46,117 bases of DNA from a virus (Duplodnaviria > Caudoviricetes), in IMG/VR virus record IMGVR_UViG_3300009678_000076, positions 1-46,117 of that record. One strand, written 5' to 3'. Within the stretch, counting starts at the first letter, position 1. Every line of letters starts with the position of its first letter. The notes below the pieces were generated by a model, which did not search any database, was not told the DNA's origin, and saw nothing but the letters and a program-made list of their open reading frames with translations. Below, piece after piece: positions 7,689 through 16,666 of the stretch. A program made the position numbers and the translations under genes.

Positions 7689-8341
7689 AGTGGTCCTACT
7701 CCATGCTCAAGGACTTCGAGCAGTGCGCCCGCCGCTACAACGAGGTGCGGGTGCTCAAGCATTACCCACGCGAGGAGACACCGCAGCAGGACTACGGCAC
7801 GCGTCTGCACAAGGCAGCCGAAGACTTCATCCAGAGCAAGGATGAGGTCACGCCCGAGTTCGGCTTCCTGCTCCCCGTACTGGAGTCGATCGCCAAGATG
7901 CCGGGCCAGAAGCTGTGCGAGTACGAGATGGGCGTGCGCATCGACCTGACCCCCTGCAAGTTCGATGCGCCGGACGTGTGGGGGCGCGGCATCGCCGACC
8001 TGATCGTGCTGTCGGAGGACGAGACGAAGGCCCGCTGCTTCGACTACAAGTCCGGCAACGACAAGTACCCGGACACCGACCAGCTCATGCTGATGTCGCT
8101 GATGATCTTCAAGCACTTCCCCACTGTCCAAAGCGTTTCCGGGGGCCTACTATTCGTGCTGAAGGGCACGCTCGCGAAGTACAAGATCGAGCGGGAGAAG
8201 GCAGCGGAGGCTTGGTGGCGGTGGCGTGAACGCGTCACACGCCTCGAAGCCGCGCACGCCAACGGGGTATGGAACCCCAAGAAGTCCGGGCTGTGCAGGA
8301 AGTACTGCCCGGTGCAGACGTGCGAGTTCTGTGGGGACTGA
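7685..8341 (+). CDS. Cas4/RecB-like PD-(D/E)XK exonuclease with probable Fe-S cluster
   Basis: WSYS..K.FEQC, G...H, RGIADL, DYKSG, QL..M; C-terminal LCRKYCPVQTC. Confidence 0.85.
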   Translation: MKWSYSMLKDFEQCARRYNEVRVLKHYPREETPQQDYGTRLHKAAEDFIQSKDEVTPEFGFLLPVLESIAKMPGQKLCEYEMGVRIDLTPCKFDAPDVWGRGIADLIVLSEDETKARCFDYKSGNDKYPDTDQLMLMSLMIFKHFPTVQSVSGGLLFVLKGTLAKYKIEREKAAEAWWRWRERVTRLEAAHANGVWNPKKSGLCRKYCPVQTCEFCGD

Positions 8342-8342
8342 C

Positions 8343-8546
8343 ATGGGCATGGACACTGACAACTTCGCCAGCCAGAGCACACCGAGCTACACGATCTACG
8401 AGATGCCAAAGGTCGTCGGCGCGTGGATGATCGGTGGCAAGCCGGGCCTGTGCTTCTACATGCGCCAGAAGCCTCGCTGGCTCACGCGCTGGGTGTGCGG
8501 CTGGCTGCTGGAGTGGAGGTGGGAAGACTCACCGACAAGGAACTGA
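8343..8546 (+). CDS. Small Trp-rich hypothetical protein
   Basis: ATG 2 nt after upstream stop; KPRWLTRW..GWLLEWRWED. Confidence 0.55.
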   Translation: MGMDTDNFASQSTPSYTIYEMPKVVGAWMIGGKPGLCFYMRQKPRWLTRWVCGWLLEWRWEDSPTRN

Positions 8547-8547
8547 G

Positions 8548-8808
8548 ATGGTCACACCACGCTACATCTCCTGCAGCGGTGGCTGCAAGGCTCTCCACCT
8601 CGCCGACGAGATCGACAAGAGCGGCTGGACCTTCCTCGAAATCTCCGGCCGCTACCGCTGCGGCGCTTGCGAGCGCGAGTTGCACGCGGCGTCGTTCATC
8701 CCCGGCACCGAGCCGGGCGAGTTCGTCGATGCGCTGCCGGCCGATTCGCGCGGCGCACTGCCGAAGGAAACCGCATCGAGCATCTCGCCACCCTCACTGA
8801 AAGGCTGA
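8548..8808 (+). CDS. Small zinc-finger-like protein
   Basis: CSGGC ... GW ... CGAC; AAGGA RBS. Confidence 0.55.
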   Translation: MVTPRYISCSGGCKALHLADEIDKSGWTFLEISGRYRCGACERELHAASFIPGTEPGEFVDALPADSRGALPKETASSISPPSLKG

Positions 8809-8810
8809 TC

Positions 8811-9074
8811 ATGGCAACGAAAGCGAAGCTGGCCTATCAAGCGGCCTACAACAAGACGCCCGAGCAAGTGAAGCGTCAGACCAAGCGTCGTGCTGCCGAA
8901 CGCGCTGCGGTCAAGTCGGGCGTATCACCCATCGGCGACGGAAAGGATGTGATCCACAAGACAGCACTCGACAACGGCGGCGGCAACAAACGCACCAACC
9001 TCGGCGTCGCACCTGCGGGCAAGAACCGCGCGTGGCGCAAGGGGCAGAAGGGCTACAAGGTTCCCAATGAGTAG
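8811..9074 (+). CDS. Small basic HNH-like protein (possibly degenerate)
   Basis: GDGKDVIHK.AL.NGG.N..TNL.V.....NR matches the small phage HNH pattern, with DVIH in place of DVDH. Confidence 0.6.
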   Translation: MATKAKLAYQAAYNKTPEQVKRQTKRRAAERAAVKSGVSPIGDGKDVIHKTALDNGGGNKRTNLGVAPAGKNRAWRKGQKGYKVPNE

Positions 9075-9141
9075 GGCTCGTGACCGTGCCGAACACGCCG
9101 GCCACACCTACGAAGACCAAATGCACTCAGGAGAGTACGAC

Positions 9142-9495
9142 ATGAGCAAGAAGCAAGACCCGAAGACCTTCGACGATCTCGGAAGCGAAGCCACGCAGGA
9201 CGACGTGCAGAAGCAGTACGAGCAAGAGGCGCTCGCCGAGCAGGCGGCGCTCGACAAGCCCGCGGAAGCGAAGCCGGCGCCGCTGCCCGACGCCACGTAC
9301 GAAGAGCCGCCCGTGGAGAACGATGAGGTCGCGCAGCTCCGCAAGGCGCTGAAGGGACTGCTCGTCAAGGGCGCCTCGTCCAACTCGGGGCAGTGGGCCA
9401 CGCTCACCGTGCCGGCCGAAGCGGTCGCAGCGGCACGCGCGCTCGTGGGCCTCGGCAGCACGCCGGACGCCGACAACACGGCGAACCCCGTATGA
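9142..9495 (+). CDS. Acidic hypothetical protein
   Basis: AGGAG RBS before ATG 9142; ATGA coupling to acb2. Confidence 0.65.
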   Translation: MSKKQDPKTFDDLGSEATQDDVQKQYEQEALAEQAALDKPAEAKPAPLPDATYEEPPVENDEVAQLRKALKGLLVKGASSNSGQWATLTVPAEAVAAARALVGLGSTPDADNTANPV

Positions 9496-9791
9496 GCGAC
9501 CGCACCGCACCGGGGGAGATGTTTCTCCAGCCAAAGATCACCGGCTATCGCCAGCTCAGCAAGGACGAGACGGCGTTGATCAACGAGGGCAAGCTGCTCG
9601 CCGAGATGGTCGGGCAGTTCGTCGAGAAGCTGCGCCTGCATCCGCAGACGCCGACCGGTGCGGTGCCTGTCGTGCCTGCCTTCAGCGAGCTGTGTTCAAT
9701 CGACCAGCGCTGGGTCAGCATCGGCGCCACGCAACTCCAGCAGGGCTTCATGGCCGTGATCCGTGGCATCGCACAACCAACAACCTTCTAG
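9492..9791 (+). CDS. acb2: Acb2-family anti-CBASS cyclic-nucleotide sponge (T4 Vs.4-like)
   Basis: KITGYRQLS..E..LINEGK and RWVSIGATQLQQGFMAVIRGIAQPTTF match the Acb2 signature (I.GYR.LS..E...N..K; RW..IG.T..Q.G.MA.IR.IAQP..F). Confidence 0.88.
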   Translation: MSDRTAPGEMFLQPKITGYRQLSKDETALINEGKLLAEMVGQFVEKLRLHPQTPTGAVPVVPAFSELCSIDQRWVSIGATQLQQGFMAVIRGIAQPTTF

Positions 9792-9800
9792 AGAAAACCA

Positions 9801-10238
9801 ATGCCAACCGACTTTTCCGACGCGCTCCGTGAGCTGAAGAAATTCAAACGAATGCACCGCCTCAGTTGGAACGGCCCCAACCAGTTCGTCGAGATGCAGG
9901 TGCCTGACGCCAGCAGTCTGATGACGGTGCCGTACCTGTTCCTGATCAACACCGATGGCGATCGCGTGCCGTGGGTGCCGTCGCAGGGCGACCTGATGGC
10001 CCATGACTGGGCGATGGCCGACACGCCGAAGCACGAGTACCTGCCGCACCAGTACCGGGTGGTCGTCGAGAAGGCCAAGCTCGATGGCGCCATCGACCGG
10101 CTGCGCGTCTTCATGGTGGGCGTTCCGTTCAGCAAGCTCTACGCGGCCGAGCAGGACCGCCTGAACTACCAGCTCTCGTGCATGACCGACCTGAGCAAGG
10201 TGCTGGGCGAGCGCATCGAAGCCTTCCACGATCACTGA
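9801..10238 (+). CDS. tad2: Tad2/DUF2829 sponge domain fused to crAss001_48-like helical domain
   Basis: N-half DFSDAL..LK...M.R.SWNG ... PYL ... VPWVPSQGDLMAHDW; C-half PHQYRVVVEKAKLD..I.RL..F....F..L...EQ.RL..Q...M.....VLGERIEAF. Confidence 0.82.
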   Translation: MPTDFSDALRELKKFKRMHRLSWNGPNQFVEMQVPDASSLMTVPYLFLINTDGDRVPWVPSQGDLMAHDWAMADTPKHEYLPHQYRVVVEKAKLDGAIDRLRVFMVGVPFSKLYAAEQDRLNYQLSCMTDLSKVLGERIEAFHDH

Positions 10239-10239
10239 C

Positions 10240-11796
10240 ATGCAGATCATCGAGAACAAGGCGGTGCACCTGCGGGTGCGCAACGCCGACAAATTCCACA
10301 TGCTTCCTCACAAGCACATCGAACCGATCGCAGGGGGCGGGTTCAATGTGTACGTGAAGTGGGGCCTCGACGAGGTGCGCGTCCTGCGCAACCTCGGCAT
10401 CGTCGTCCCCTCACCGATCACGGGCAGGTACAAGTGGCCCGGCCGCTACAAGCCGATGGCGCACCAGCGCGACACGTCGGACTTCAGCACGATCCATCGC
10501 CGCTGCTTCATCTTCAACGATGCAGGCGTCGGCAAGACGATGAGCGCGCTGTGGGCAGCCGACTACCTCATCGAGACGAAGCGCGTGCGGCGCGTGCTCA
10601 TCGTCTGTCCCGTATCGATCATGCACGCCGCATGGATGAACGACTTCAACCAGAGCATCATCCACCGCAGCGCGGTCGTGGCCCATCACTCCGATGCGAA
10701 GCGCCGCGTCGCCGCGGTGCAGGGTGACTACGAGTTCGTGATCGTCAACTACGACGGCTTGCAAATCGTCGGCCACGCGATCCGCAGCGACGGCCGCTTC
10801 GATCTCGTGATCGTCGATGAGGCCAACGCCTACTCCAACGTGTCCACGCAGCGCTGGAAGGCGCTCAACTCGATCCTCACGCCGGAGACTCTCCTATGGA
10901 TGATGACCGCCACCCCGGCAGCGCAATCGCCCGAGCATGCCTATGGGCTCGCGAGACTCGTGAATCCGAAAGGCGTGCCCGGCTACAAGGGAGCATGGCG
11001 GGACAAGGTGATGATCCGGCTGACCCAGTTCAAGTGGGCGCCGAAGATCAACGCCAAGGAGCTGGTGCACGAGGCGCTGCAGCCAGCGATCCGCTTCACC
11101 AAGGCGCAGTGCCTCGACCTGCCGCCAGTGATCGTGCAGACGCGCGACGTGGACATGACGCCGCAGCAGACCAAGTACTACAAGCTGATCAAGGACCAGA
11201 TGGTGGCGATGGCTGCCGGCGAGAAGATCAGCGCGGTCAACAAGGGCGTGATGATCAACAAGCTCCTGCAGGTGAGCGCAGGGAGCTGCCGGACTGACGA
11301 CGGCGATGTGGTCGAGTTCGACGCGGCGCCTCGGCTCAACGTGCTGCGCGAGGTGTTAGAGGAGACGAAGAACAAGTTCCTCATCTTCACCATGTACACC
11401 GCGTCGATCGTGCGCCTGCACGAGTACCTCAACAAACTCGGGTATGTCGTGGACATCATCGACGGCAACGTGCCGATGAGCCAGCGCGGCGACATCATCA
11501 ATCGGTTCCAGCATACCGATGAGAGTCAGGGCTTGATCATCCAGCCGAAGGCCGCAGCACATGGGCTGACGCTGACCCGGGCCGACAACGTGATCTTCTA
11601 TGGCCCGCTCGACAGCGTGGAGCATTACATCCAGTGCATCGCGCGTGCGGACCGCAAGGGACAGGTGGCCGACAAGGTGACGGTCACGCACATCCAGAAC
11701 AGCCCCGTCGAGCGCGCAGCGTTTCAGCGCTTGGCAGGACGCGTCTCGGAGAGTAATCTTCTCAGCTTGATGTTCGACGAGGTAGTCTCGAAATAA
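10240..11796 (+). CDS. SNF2-like superfamily 2 helicase
   Basis: Walker A DAGVGKT, VLIVCP, Walker B VIVDEAN, MTATP, HGLTLTRA, QCIARADRKGQ. Confidence 0.92.
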   Translation: MQIIENKAVHLRVRNADKFHMLPHKHIEPIAGGGFNVYVKWGLDEVRVLRNLGIVVPSPITGRYKWPGRYKPMAHQRDTSDFSTIHRRCFIFNDAGVGKTMSALWAADYLIETKRVRRVLIVCPVSIMHAAWMNDFNQSIIHRSAVVAHHSDAKRRVAAVQGDYEFVIVNYDGLQIVGHAIRSDGRFDLVIVDEANAYSNVSTQRWKALNSILTPETLLWMMTATPAAQSPEHAYGLARLVNPKGVPGYKGAWRDKVMIRLTQFKWAPKINAKELVHEALQPAIRFTKAQCLDLPPVIVQTRDVDMTPQQTKYYKLIKDQMVAMAAGEKISAVNKGVMINKLLQVSAGSCRTDDGDVVEFDAAPRLNVLREVLEETKNKFLIFTMYTASIVRLHEYLNKLGYVVDIIDGNVPMSQRGDIINRFQHTDESQGLIIQPKAAAHGLTLTRADNVIFYGPLDSVEHYIQCIARADRKGQVADKVTVTHIQNSPVERAAFQRLAGRVSESNLLSLMFDEVVSK

Positions 11797-11834
11797 AGGA
11801 GGACCCCGGAGCGCAGACCAGCCGCTTCAACCTG

Positions 11835-11840
11835 TACAAT
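11835..11840 (+). promoter_or_regulatory. Possible -10 element (TACAAT)
   Basis: AT-rich intergenic stretch; preceded by TG, like the TATAAT at 1075. Confidence 0.3.
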
Positions 11841-11863
11841 ATTAACCATTAACAAGGAATCGC

Positions 11864-12298
11864 ATGAGCGAACCAACCACCGTAACGCCTGACGAAGTGC
11901 CGCTGGAAAAGCTGGCCAAGATGTACGTGAAGATGCGCGACAAGATTCAGGACCTGACCCGGGTCTACGAAGCCGAAGTCGAGGGCATCAAGGCACAGCG
12001 TGACATCGTGTCGAATGCCATGAAGGATCGTGTGCTCGCGATGGGCGGGGGAATCTCCTCTGTCAAGACCGAGCACGGCACGATCATGCTGCGCACCGCG
12101 ACCCGCTACTACGCACAGGACTGGGATGCCTTCGGCAAATTCGTCATCGAGCAGGGCGACATCAACCTGCTGGAGAAGCGCGTCGCCCAAGGCAACATGG
12201 CCGAGTTCCTGAAGGAGCACCCCGACGCCGCGCCCCCCGGCCTGTCGTCGATGTCCGAGATCGAAGTCACCGTCCGTCGTCCTACCGCTGCCAAGTAG
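11864..12298 (+). CDS. Conserved phage replication-module protein (coiled coil plus DWDAF..F...LLEKRV..PPG motif)
   Basis: AAGGA RBS; motif pattern typical of the gene between helicase and SSB. Confidence 0.7.
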   Translation: MSEPTTVTPDEVPLEKLAKMYVKMRDKIQDLTRVYEAEVEGIKAQRDIVSNAMKDRVLAMGGGISSVKTEHGTIMLRTATRYYAQDWDAFGKFVIEQGDINLLEKRVAQGNMAEFLKEHPDAAPPGLSSMSEIEVTVRRPTAAK

Positions 12299-12324
12299 CA
12301 GCACAACACACTCTGGAGAAACGC

Positions 12325-13329
12325 TTGAACCAAGTCACTGTCTTCCAACCCTCTCAGCTTCCCGCGCACCTGCGTGGCGTGGCCATCTCCGAAACCGCCA
12401 AGGCGCTGGCCGGCGGCGGGCAGACCGGCAACCGCCTGTCGATCAAGGGCGGCGTGTTCCGCCTCATCGTGGACGGCAAGGAGATCGCCGCGATCGAGGA
12501 TCGCCACCTCGACGTGGTGATCGTCGCCGCTGCGCCCAAGGTCAGCCGCACCTTCTACATCGCCAAGTACGACGCCGACAACCCGACGGCGCCGGACTGC
12601 TGGAGCCAGAACGGGGACATCCCCGATCCGACCTCCACCTCCAAGCAGTCGGCTTCCTGCAATACGTGTCCACAGAACGTCAAGGGCTCGGGCCAAGGCG
12701 ACAGCCGCGCCTGCCGCTACGGACAACGTGTTGCCGTGGTGCTGGCCAACGACGTGGAAGGCGACGTGATGCAGCTCAGCCTGCCGGCGCTCAGCCTGTT
12801 CGGCAAGGCCGAGGGCGAGAACCGCCCGCTGCAGGAGTACGCCCGCTGGCTCACGGCGCAGGGGATCGACCCGACGATGCTCGTCACCCGGCTGAAGTTC
12901 GACACGAAGTCCGAGAGCCCCAAGCTCTTCTTCAAGGCCATGCGCTGGCTGGAGCAGGACGAGTTCGACATCTGCCGGGCGGCGGGCCAGTCGGCCGACG
13001 CCAAGAAGGCGATCACCATGAACCCCGCTCAGATGGACGGCGTGGCGACGGGCGCGGTTGCTGACCCGGTAGCTGTTCCGGGTAACAAGCCGGTGGCTGC
13101 GCCCGTCGCCCCGCCGGCTCCGCCCGCCGAGCCGGAGGAGCCCCCGGCTCCGCCGCCCCGCCGGACGCGTCAGAAGGCCGCTGCAGCGGCCGCAGCGCCC
13201 GCGGCGGCACCGGCACCTGCCCCGGCCGCGCCGGAGCCCGCAGAGCCCGTTCTGAAGGCCAACGGCTCGGGACCCCCGGCCGTGGCGACGGGAGCGCTGG
13301 CCGACGTTCTCGACGCTTGGGACGACTGA
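12325..13329 (+). CDS. Putative ssDNA-binding/annealing protein
   Basis: TTG start with GGAGA RBS; RLSIKGGVF, PDCWS..G..PD, C..CP.N..GS...RAC; Pro/Ala-rich linker and acidic-aromatic tail LDAWDD. Confidence 0.6.
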   Translation: MNQVTVFQPSQLPAHLRGVAISETAKALAGGGQTGNRLSIKGGVFRLIVDGKEIAAIEDRHLDVVIVAAAPKVSRTFYIAKYDADNPTAPDCWSQNGDIPDPTSTSKQSASCNTCPQNVKGSGQGDSRACRYGQRVAVVLANDVEGDVMQLSLPALSLFGKAEGENRPLQEYARWLTAQGIDPTMLVTRLKFDTKSESPKLFFKAMRWLEQDEFDICRAAGQSADAKKAITMNPAQMDGVATGAVADPVAVPGNKPVAAPVAPPAPPAEPEEPPAPPPRRTRQKAAAAAAAPAAAPAPAPAAPEPAEPVLKANGSGPPAVATGALADVLDAWDD

Positions 13330-13335
13330 GCGGCC

Positions 13336-13363
13336 CGGGGGCGTCTAACATCAGGCGCCCCCG
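13336..13363 (+). terminator. Intergenic GC-rich hairpin
   Basis: CGGGGGCGTCT-AACATC-AGGCGCCCCCG; no U-tract. Confidence 0.4.
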
Positions 13364-13375
13364 CCGCCTACTGCC

Positions 13376-13699
13376 ATGAAGTACAGCAAACACGTACGGG
13401 ACGCCGTGGCCACGAGCGGAGACACGCTCGGGCCCCAGCTCGGACGCGCCGCAGTGCGGCTAGGCTTTCCGGTCATGCAGGTTGCCAGAGCTACCGGCGC
13501 CACACGCGCAACGGTGTATAGCTGGTTCTATGGCAACCACGTATCGAACGCCTACCGCCTCAACGTCACCCGTCTGACCACCATCCTTAACGACGCGCCT
13601 ACCGCAGCCGTCGCTTGGAGCCGCGCATGCAAAGCCTTCCCTATCCAAACAACCTCACGGATGCCGAACTCGTCCGCATCGCCGATACCGTTCTCCTGA
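13376..13699 (+). CDS. Small HTH (Cro/XRE-like) DNA-binding protein
   Basis: VMQVARATGATRATVYSWFYG helix-turn-helix. Confidence 0.7.
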   Translation: MKYSKHVRDAVATSGDTLGPQLGRAAVRLGFPVMQVARATGATRATVYSWFYGNHVSNAYRLNVTRLTTILNDAPTAAVAWSRACKAFPIQTTSRMPNSSASPIPFS

Positions 13700-13830
13700 C
13701 CGACACGTCGCTGCCGCTGGACTGGCAACGCGTCCTTGTCGATCGCATCTCCAGCGAACTCGTGCCGCCCTTCAAACCCGAAGGGCATCCCGTGCGCTTG
13801 AAGGCGGCACGCGTTCATGGACGCTCATGA
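13627..13830 (+). CDS. Hypothetical protein overlapping HTH gene
   Basis: GGAG RBS before ATG 13627; NLTDAELVR motif; fills the gap up to the primase start. Confidence 0.55.
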   Translation: MQSLPYPNNLTDAELVRIADTVLLTDTSLPLDWQRVLVDRISSELVPPFKPEGHPVRLKAARVHGRS

Positions 13831-16666
13831 CTTCCTGACCGCCGTCCTCCCCAGCACCGGTATCTATTGCGTCTGCGAACTGACGACGCCTCGCAAGCGT
13901 CACTACTTCGTTGACACGCTGGAGGCGGCGGCAACCAACGCCGAGAGCTTCGCGGCGAGCGGGTTCAACACGTACTTCGCGTTGGCCAGCTTCAAGCAGA
14001 AGGGGAGCCGCGGAGCCGACAACGCGCAGCTCATGCGCAGCTTCTTCATCGACATCGACATCGACCCCGACGGAGGAGAAGGCAAGTACACATCGAAGCG
14101 CGAGGCAATCACCGCGCTGGACACGTTCCTGCAGGAGACGCACCTCGACACACTGGGCAGGCCGTGGCTGGTCGATTCCGGTGGCGGCGTGCACGCCTAC
14201 TGGCCGCTCACGGAAGACGTGCCAATCGCCGAATGGAAGCGCGTCGCTGAACGATTGAAGCGGACTGCGGCGCAGTGCGACCTGCAGATCGACATGTCCG
14301 TCACCGCCGACGCAGCGCGTGTGCTGCGCATGCCGGGCACGCTCAACCACAAGTACGCCCCGCCCCGGCCGGCGAACCTCAAGTTGGTCGGGGCCACGTT
14401 CGACTTCGATGCGTTCGAGGCGCTGCTGCCGAAGGGAGACGGACCCGTCAACGGGCACCCGGCGCTGCCGACGCTCAACATCCCCGGCACGCGGCCCATC
14501 GTCGCTGGCGCAGCGGCACCCGTGGCCACAGCGCTGGCCAACCACATCCCCTCCAGCTTCGCGCAGATCAGGGACAACGCGCTGGCAGACACGGGTTGCC
14601 AGCAGGTGAAGTGGTTCTACGGGAACGCATCCGCCGATGGCATGGAGCCCGCGTGGCGCGCGATGCTGTCGATCGCGAAGTGCACTGACGAAGGCGTCGA
14701 GGCAGGCCGTGAGTTGAGCGCGCTGCACCCGTACCCGGAGGAGCGGCTGCAGGCGAAATGGAAGGAGCTGAAGGGGCCGTACTCATGCGGCGCCATCGAA
14801 GGTGTGAACCCGGGCGGCTGCGACGGTTGTCCGCACCGCGGCAAGATCACCAACCCCGTGCAGCTCGGCTGGGCGAACGTGGGCGTGCCGATGCCGGCCA
14901 CCGCCACCACGCCCGCACGCTTGCCGCCCAAGGGCTACTCGTTCGATGACGGTTGGCTGCTGCGCCTCGCTGACCGCAACGATACGACCGCGCGCCCTGT
15001 GGTGGTTCTGAAGTACCAGTTCTACCTTGAAGACGTGATGCGGGAGGAAGACAGCCACTACGCGCGCTTCTGCAAGATCAAGACGACCAACGGCGTCACC
15101 GAGATCACCAAGGTCAAGCTGCCGACAGAAGCAACGGCATCGCGCGAGAAGACGCTTCCGGCGCTCGCGCGGCAGCTCGTCTCACCGGAAGCAGGCGCCG
15201 GCCAGCACCTCTACAACTACGTGTGCGCTGCGGTGAAGCAGGTGGAGAACGACGGCAAGGTGCTGCAGGTTCCTGAGCGGTACGGCTGGCAACCCGATGC
15301 TGGCTTCGCGTTCGGTGATCGCGTCGTGTATGCGGACCCGAAGAACAACTACGTGTTCGCATCCGAGAAGCTGAACAACATGATCGAGGGCATGGAGCCC
15401 GCGGGCACCTTCGACAACTGGCAGCGCGTGATGAAGCTGCTGTGCGACAAGGGCTACTACGAAGTGGTGACGCTGGGACTGATCGGCTTCGCATCGCCAC
15501 TCATGTGGTGGGCTGCTGACACCGGCCCCAGCGCGATGGTCTTCCATGCCACCTCATCGGCATCCGGTGTCGGCAAGTCGCTGGCGCTGAACTTGGCGCG
15601 CAGCGTGTGGGGCAACGAACGGCTGGCGACATCACCGAAGACCTCCGAAACCACGATCCTGCAGCGGGCGAGCTTCCTCGGCGGCTTGCCGACACTCATC
15701 GATGAGGTGACGACCAAGAACCGCGAGTCCGGTGGAACGTGGACGCCGAACTTCTGCTTCGACTTCTCGGAAGGGAAGCACAAGGTGAAAGGGTCCGCGA
15801 GCGGCCACCGCGAACAAGCCAACGACCGCGGATGGCGCGGGCTGGCCTACCTCACCAGCAACAGCCCCGTGCTGGAAGACATGCTCGCCAACCGCAAGGT
15901 CACTACCTACGGCGAGGTGGCGCGCTTCCTCGAATGGCGCACCGAGACGCGCCTCGACTTCACCACTGCCGAGCACGCCGTGCTGAAGCTGATCAACACG
16001 AACTACGGACACGCCGGGCCGCTCTTCGCCGAGTGGCTCGTGAAGAACCGCGACCTCGCGCGGAAGGTCTTCGACAAGGTGCGGCAGGATTGGCACGCAG
16101 AGATCGAAGCCGATACCGAAGAGCGGTTCTGGGTCGCTGCGGGCGCGGCCATCATCACTGCGGCAACGCTGGTGGGACCGAGCTACGCCAACATCTGCAC
16201 GATCAACGTGGCGCGTGTGGTGTCCTTCCTGCAGACGCTGGTCGAAGAGTCGCGCGGCATGATCAAGGACAACAAGCGCACCGCACGCGACCTGATCATC
16301 AGCTTCGTGAACGAGAACAACGGCCGCTTCGTCATGGTGGGCGCCGCCAGCAAGGTTGCCGCCCAGCTTGGCAACACCGGCCTGCTCACGCAACTGCCCA
16401 ACACGGCCAAGGGCGCTGTGTTCGGCCGCATCGAGATCGACGTGACCCCCGGCCGCATCGACCAGTACATCACAGTGGAGGCGTTGAACAAGTTCTGCAG
16501 CGAGCGCACCAAGAGCTACAGGACGTTGAAGAAGGAACTGGCCCAGTACGCGGTGGTGAAGGAGGTGAAGATGGACTTGTTCAAGGACACGCCCGGCCCT
16601 CGCAGCCCGACACATTGCCTTCATATCTCGTATGCGACTACCGCGAGCCCCCGCCCCAAGACCTGA
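13817..16666 (+). CDS. Primase-helicase (AEP/RepB-like primase, Cys cluster, DUF927-like region, P-loop helicase)
   Basis: FFIDID, SGGGVHAYW, RVLRMPGT.N.K; GPYSC...NPGGCDGCPH; GW....F..G; Walker A SASGVGKS; Walker B LIDE; NYGHAG. Confidence 0.9.
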   Translation: MDAHDFLTAVLPSTGIYCVCELTTPRKRHYFVDTLEAAATNAESFAASGFNTYFALASFKQKGSRGADNAQLMRSFFIDIDIDPDGGEGKYTSKREAITALDTFLQETHLDTLGRPWLVDSGGGVHAYWPLTEDVPIAEWKRVAERLKRTAAQCDLQIDMSVTADAARVLRMPGTLNHKYAPPRPANLKLVGATFDFDAFEALLPKGDGPVNGHPALPTLNIPGTRPIVAGAAAPVATALANHIPSSFAQIRDNALADTGCQQVKWFYGNASADGMEPAWRAMLSIAKCTDEGVEAGRELSALHPYPEERLQAKWKELKGPYSCGAIEGVNPGGCDGCPHRGKITNPVQLGWANVGVPMPATATTPARLPPKGYSFDDGWLLRLADRNDTTARPVVVLKYQFYLEDVMREEDSHYARFCKIKTTNGVTEITKVKLPTEATASREKTLPALARQLVSPEAGAGQHLYNYVCAAVKQVENDGKVLQVPERYGWQPDAGFAFGDRVVYADPKNNYVFASEKLNNMIEGMEPAGTFDNWQRVMKLLCDKGYYEVVTLGLIGFASPLMWWAADTGPSAMVFHATSSASGVGKSLALNLARSVWGNERLATSPKTSETTILQRASFLGGLPTLIDEVTTKNRESGGTWTPNFCFDFSEGKHKVKGSASGHREQANDRGWRGLAYLTSNSPVLEDMLANRKVTTYGEVARFLEWRTETRLDFTTAEHAVLKLINTNYGHAGPLFAEWLVKNRDLARKVFDKVRQDWHAEIEADTEERFWVAAGAAIITAATLVGPSYANICTINVARVVSFLQTLVEESRGMIKDNKRTARDLIISFVNENNGRFVMVGAASKVAAQLGNTGLLTQLPNTAKGAVFGRIEIDVTPGRIDQYITVEALNKFCSERTKSYRTLKKELAQYAVVKEVKMDLFKDTPGPRSPTHCLHISYATTASPRPKT

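Noticed and set aside
7685-8341. Cas4-like nuclease as a sign of CRISPR-Cas
   Set aside because: No array or other cas genes; solo Cas4-like exonucleases are common in phage replication modules
8811-9074. HNH ORF as a homing endonuclease or intron marker
   Set aside because: Free-standing, very short, motif partly degenerate, and no interrupted gene nearby
13090-13260. GC-rich quasi-repeats as an origin or DNA repeat array
   Set aside because: Explained by Pro/Ala low-complexity coding in the SSB-like linker
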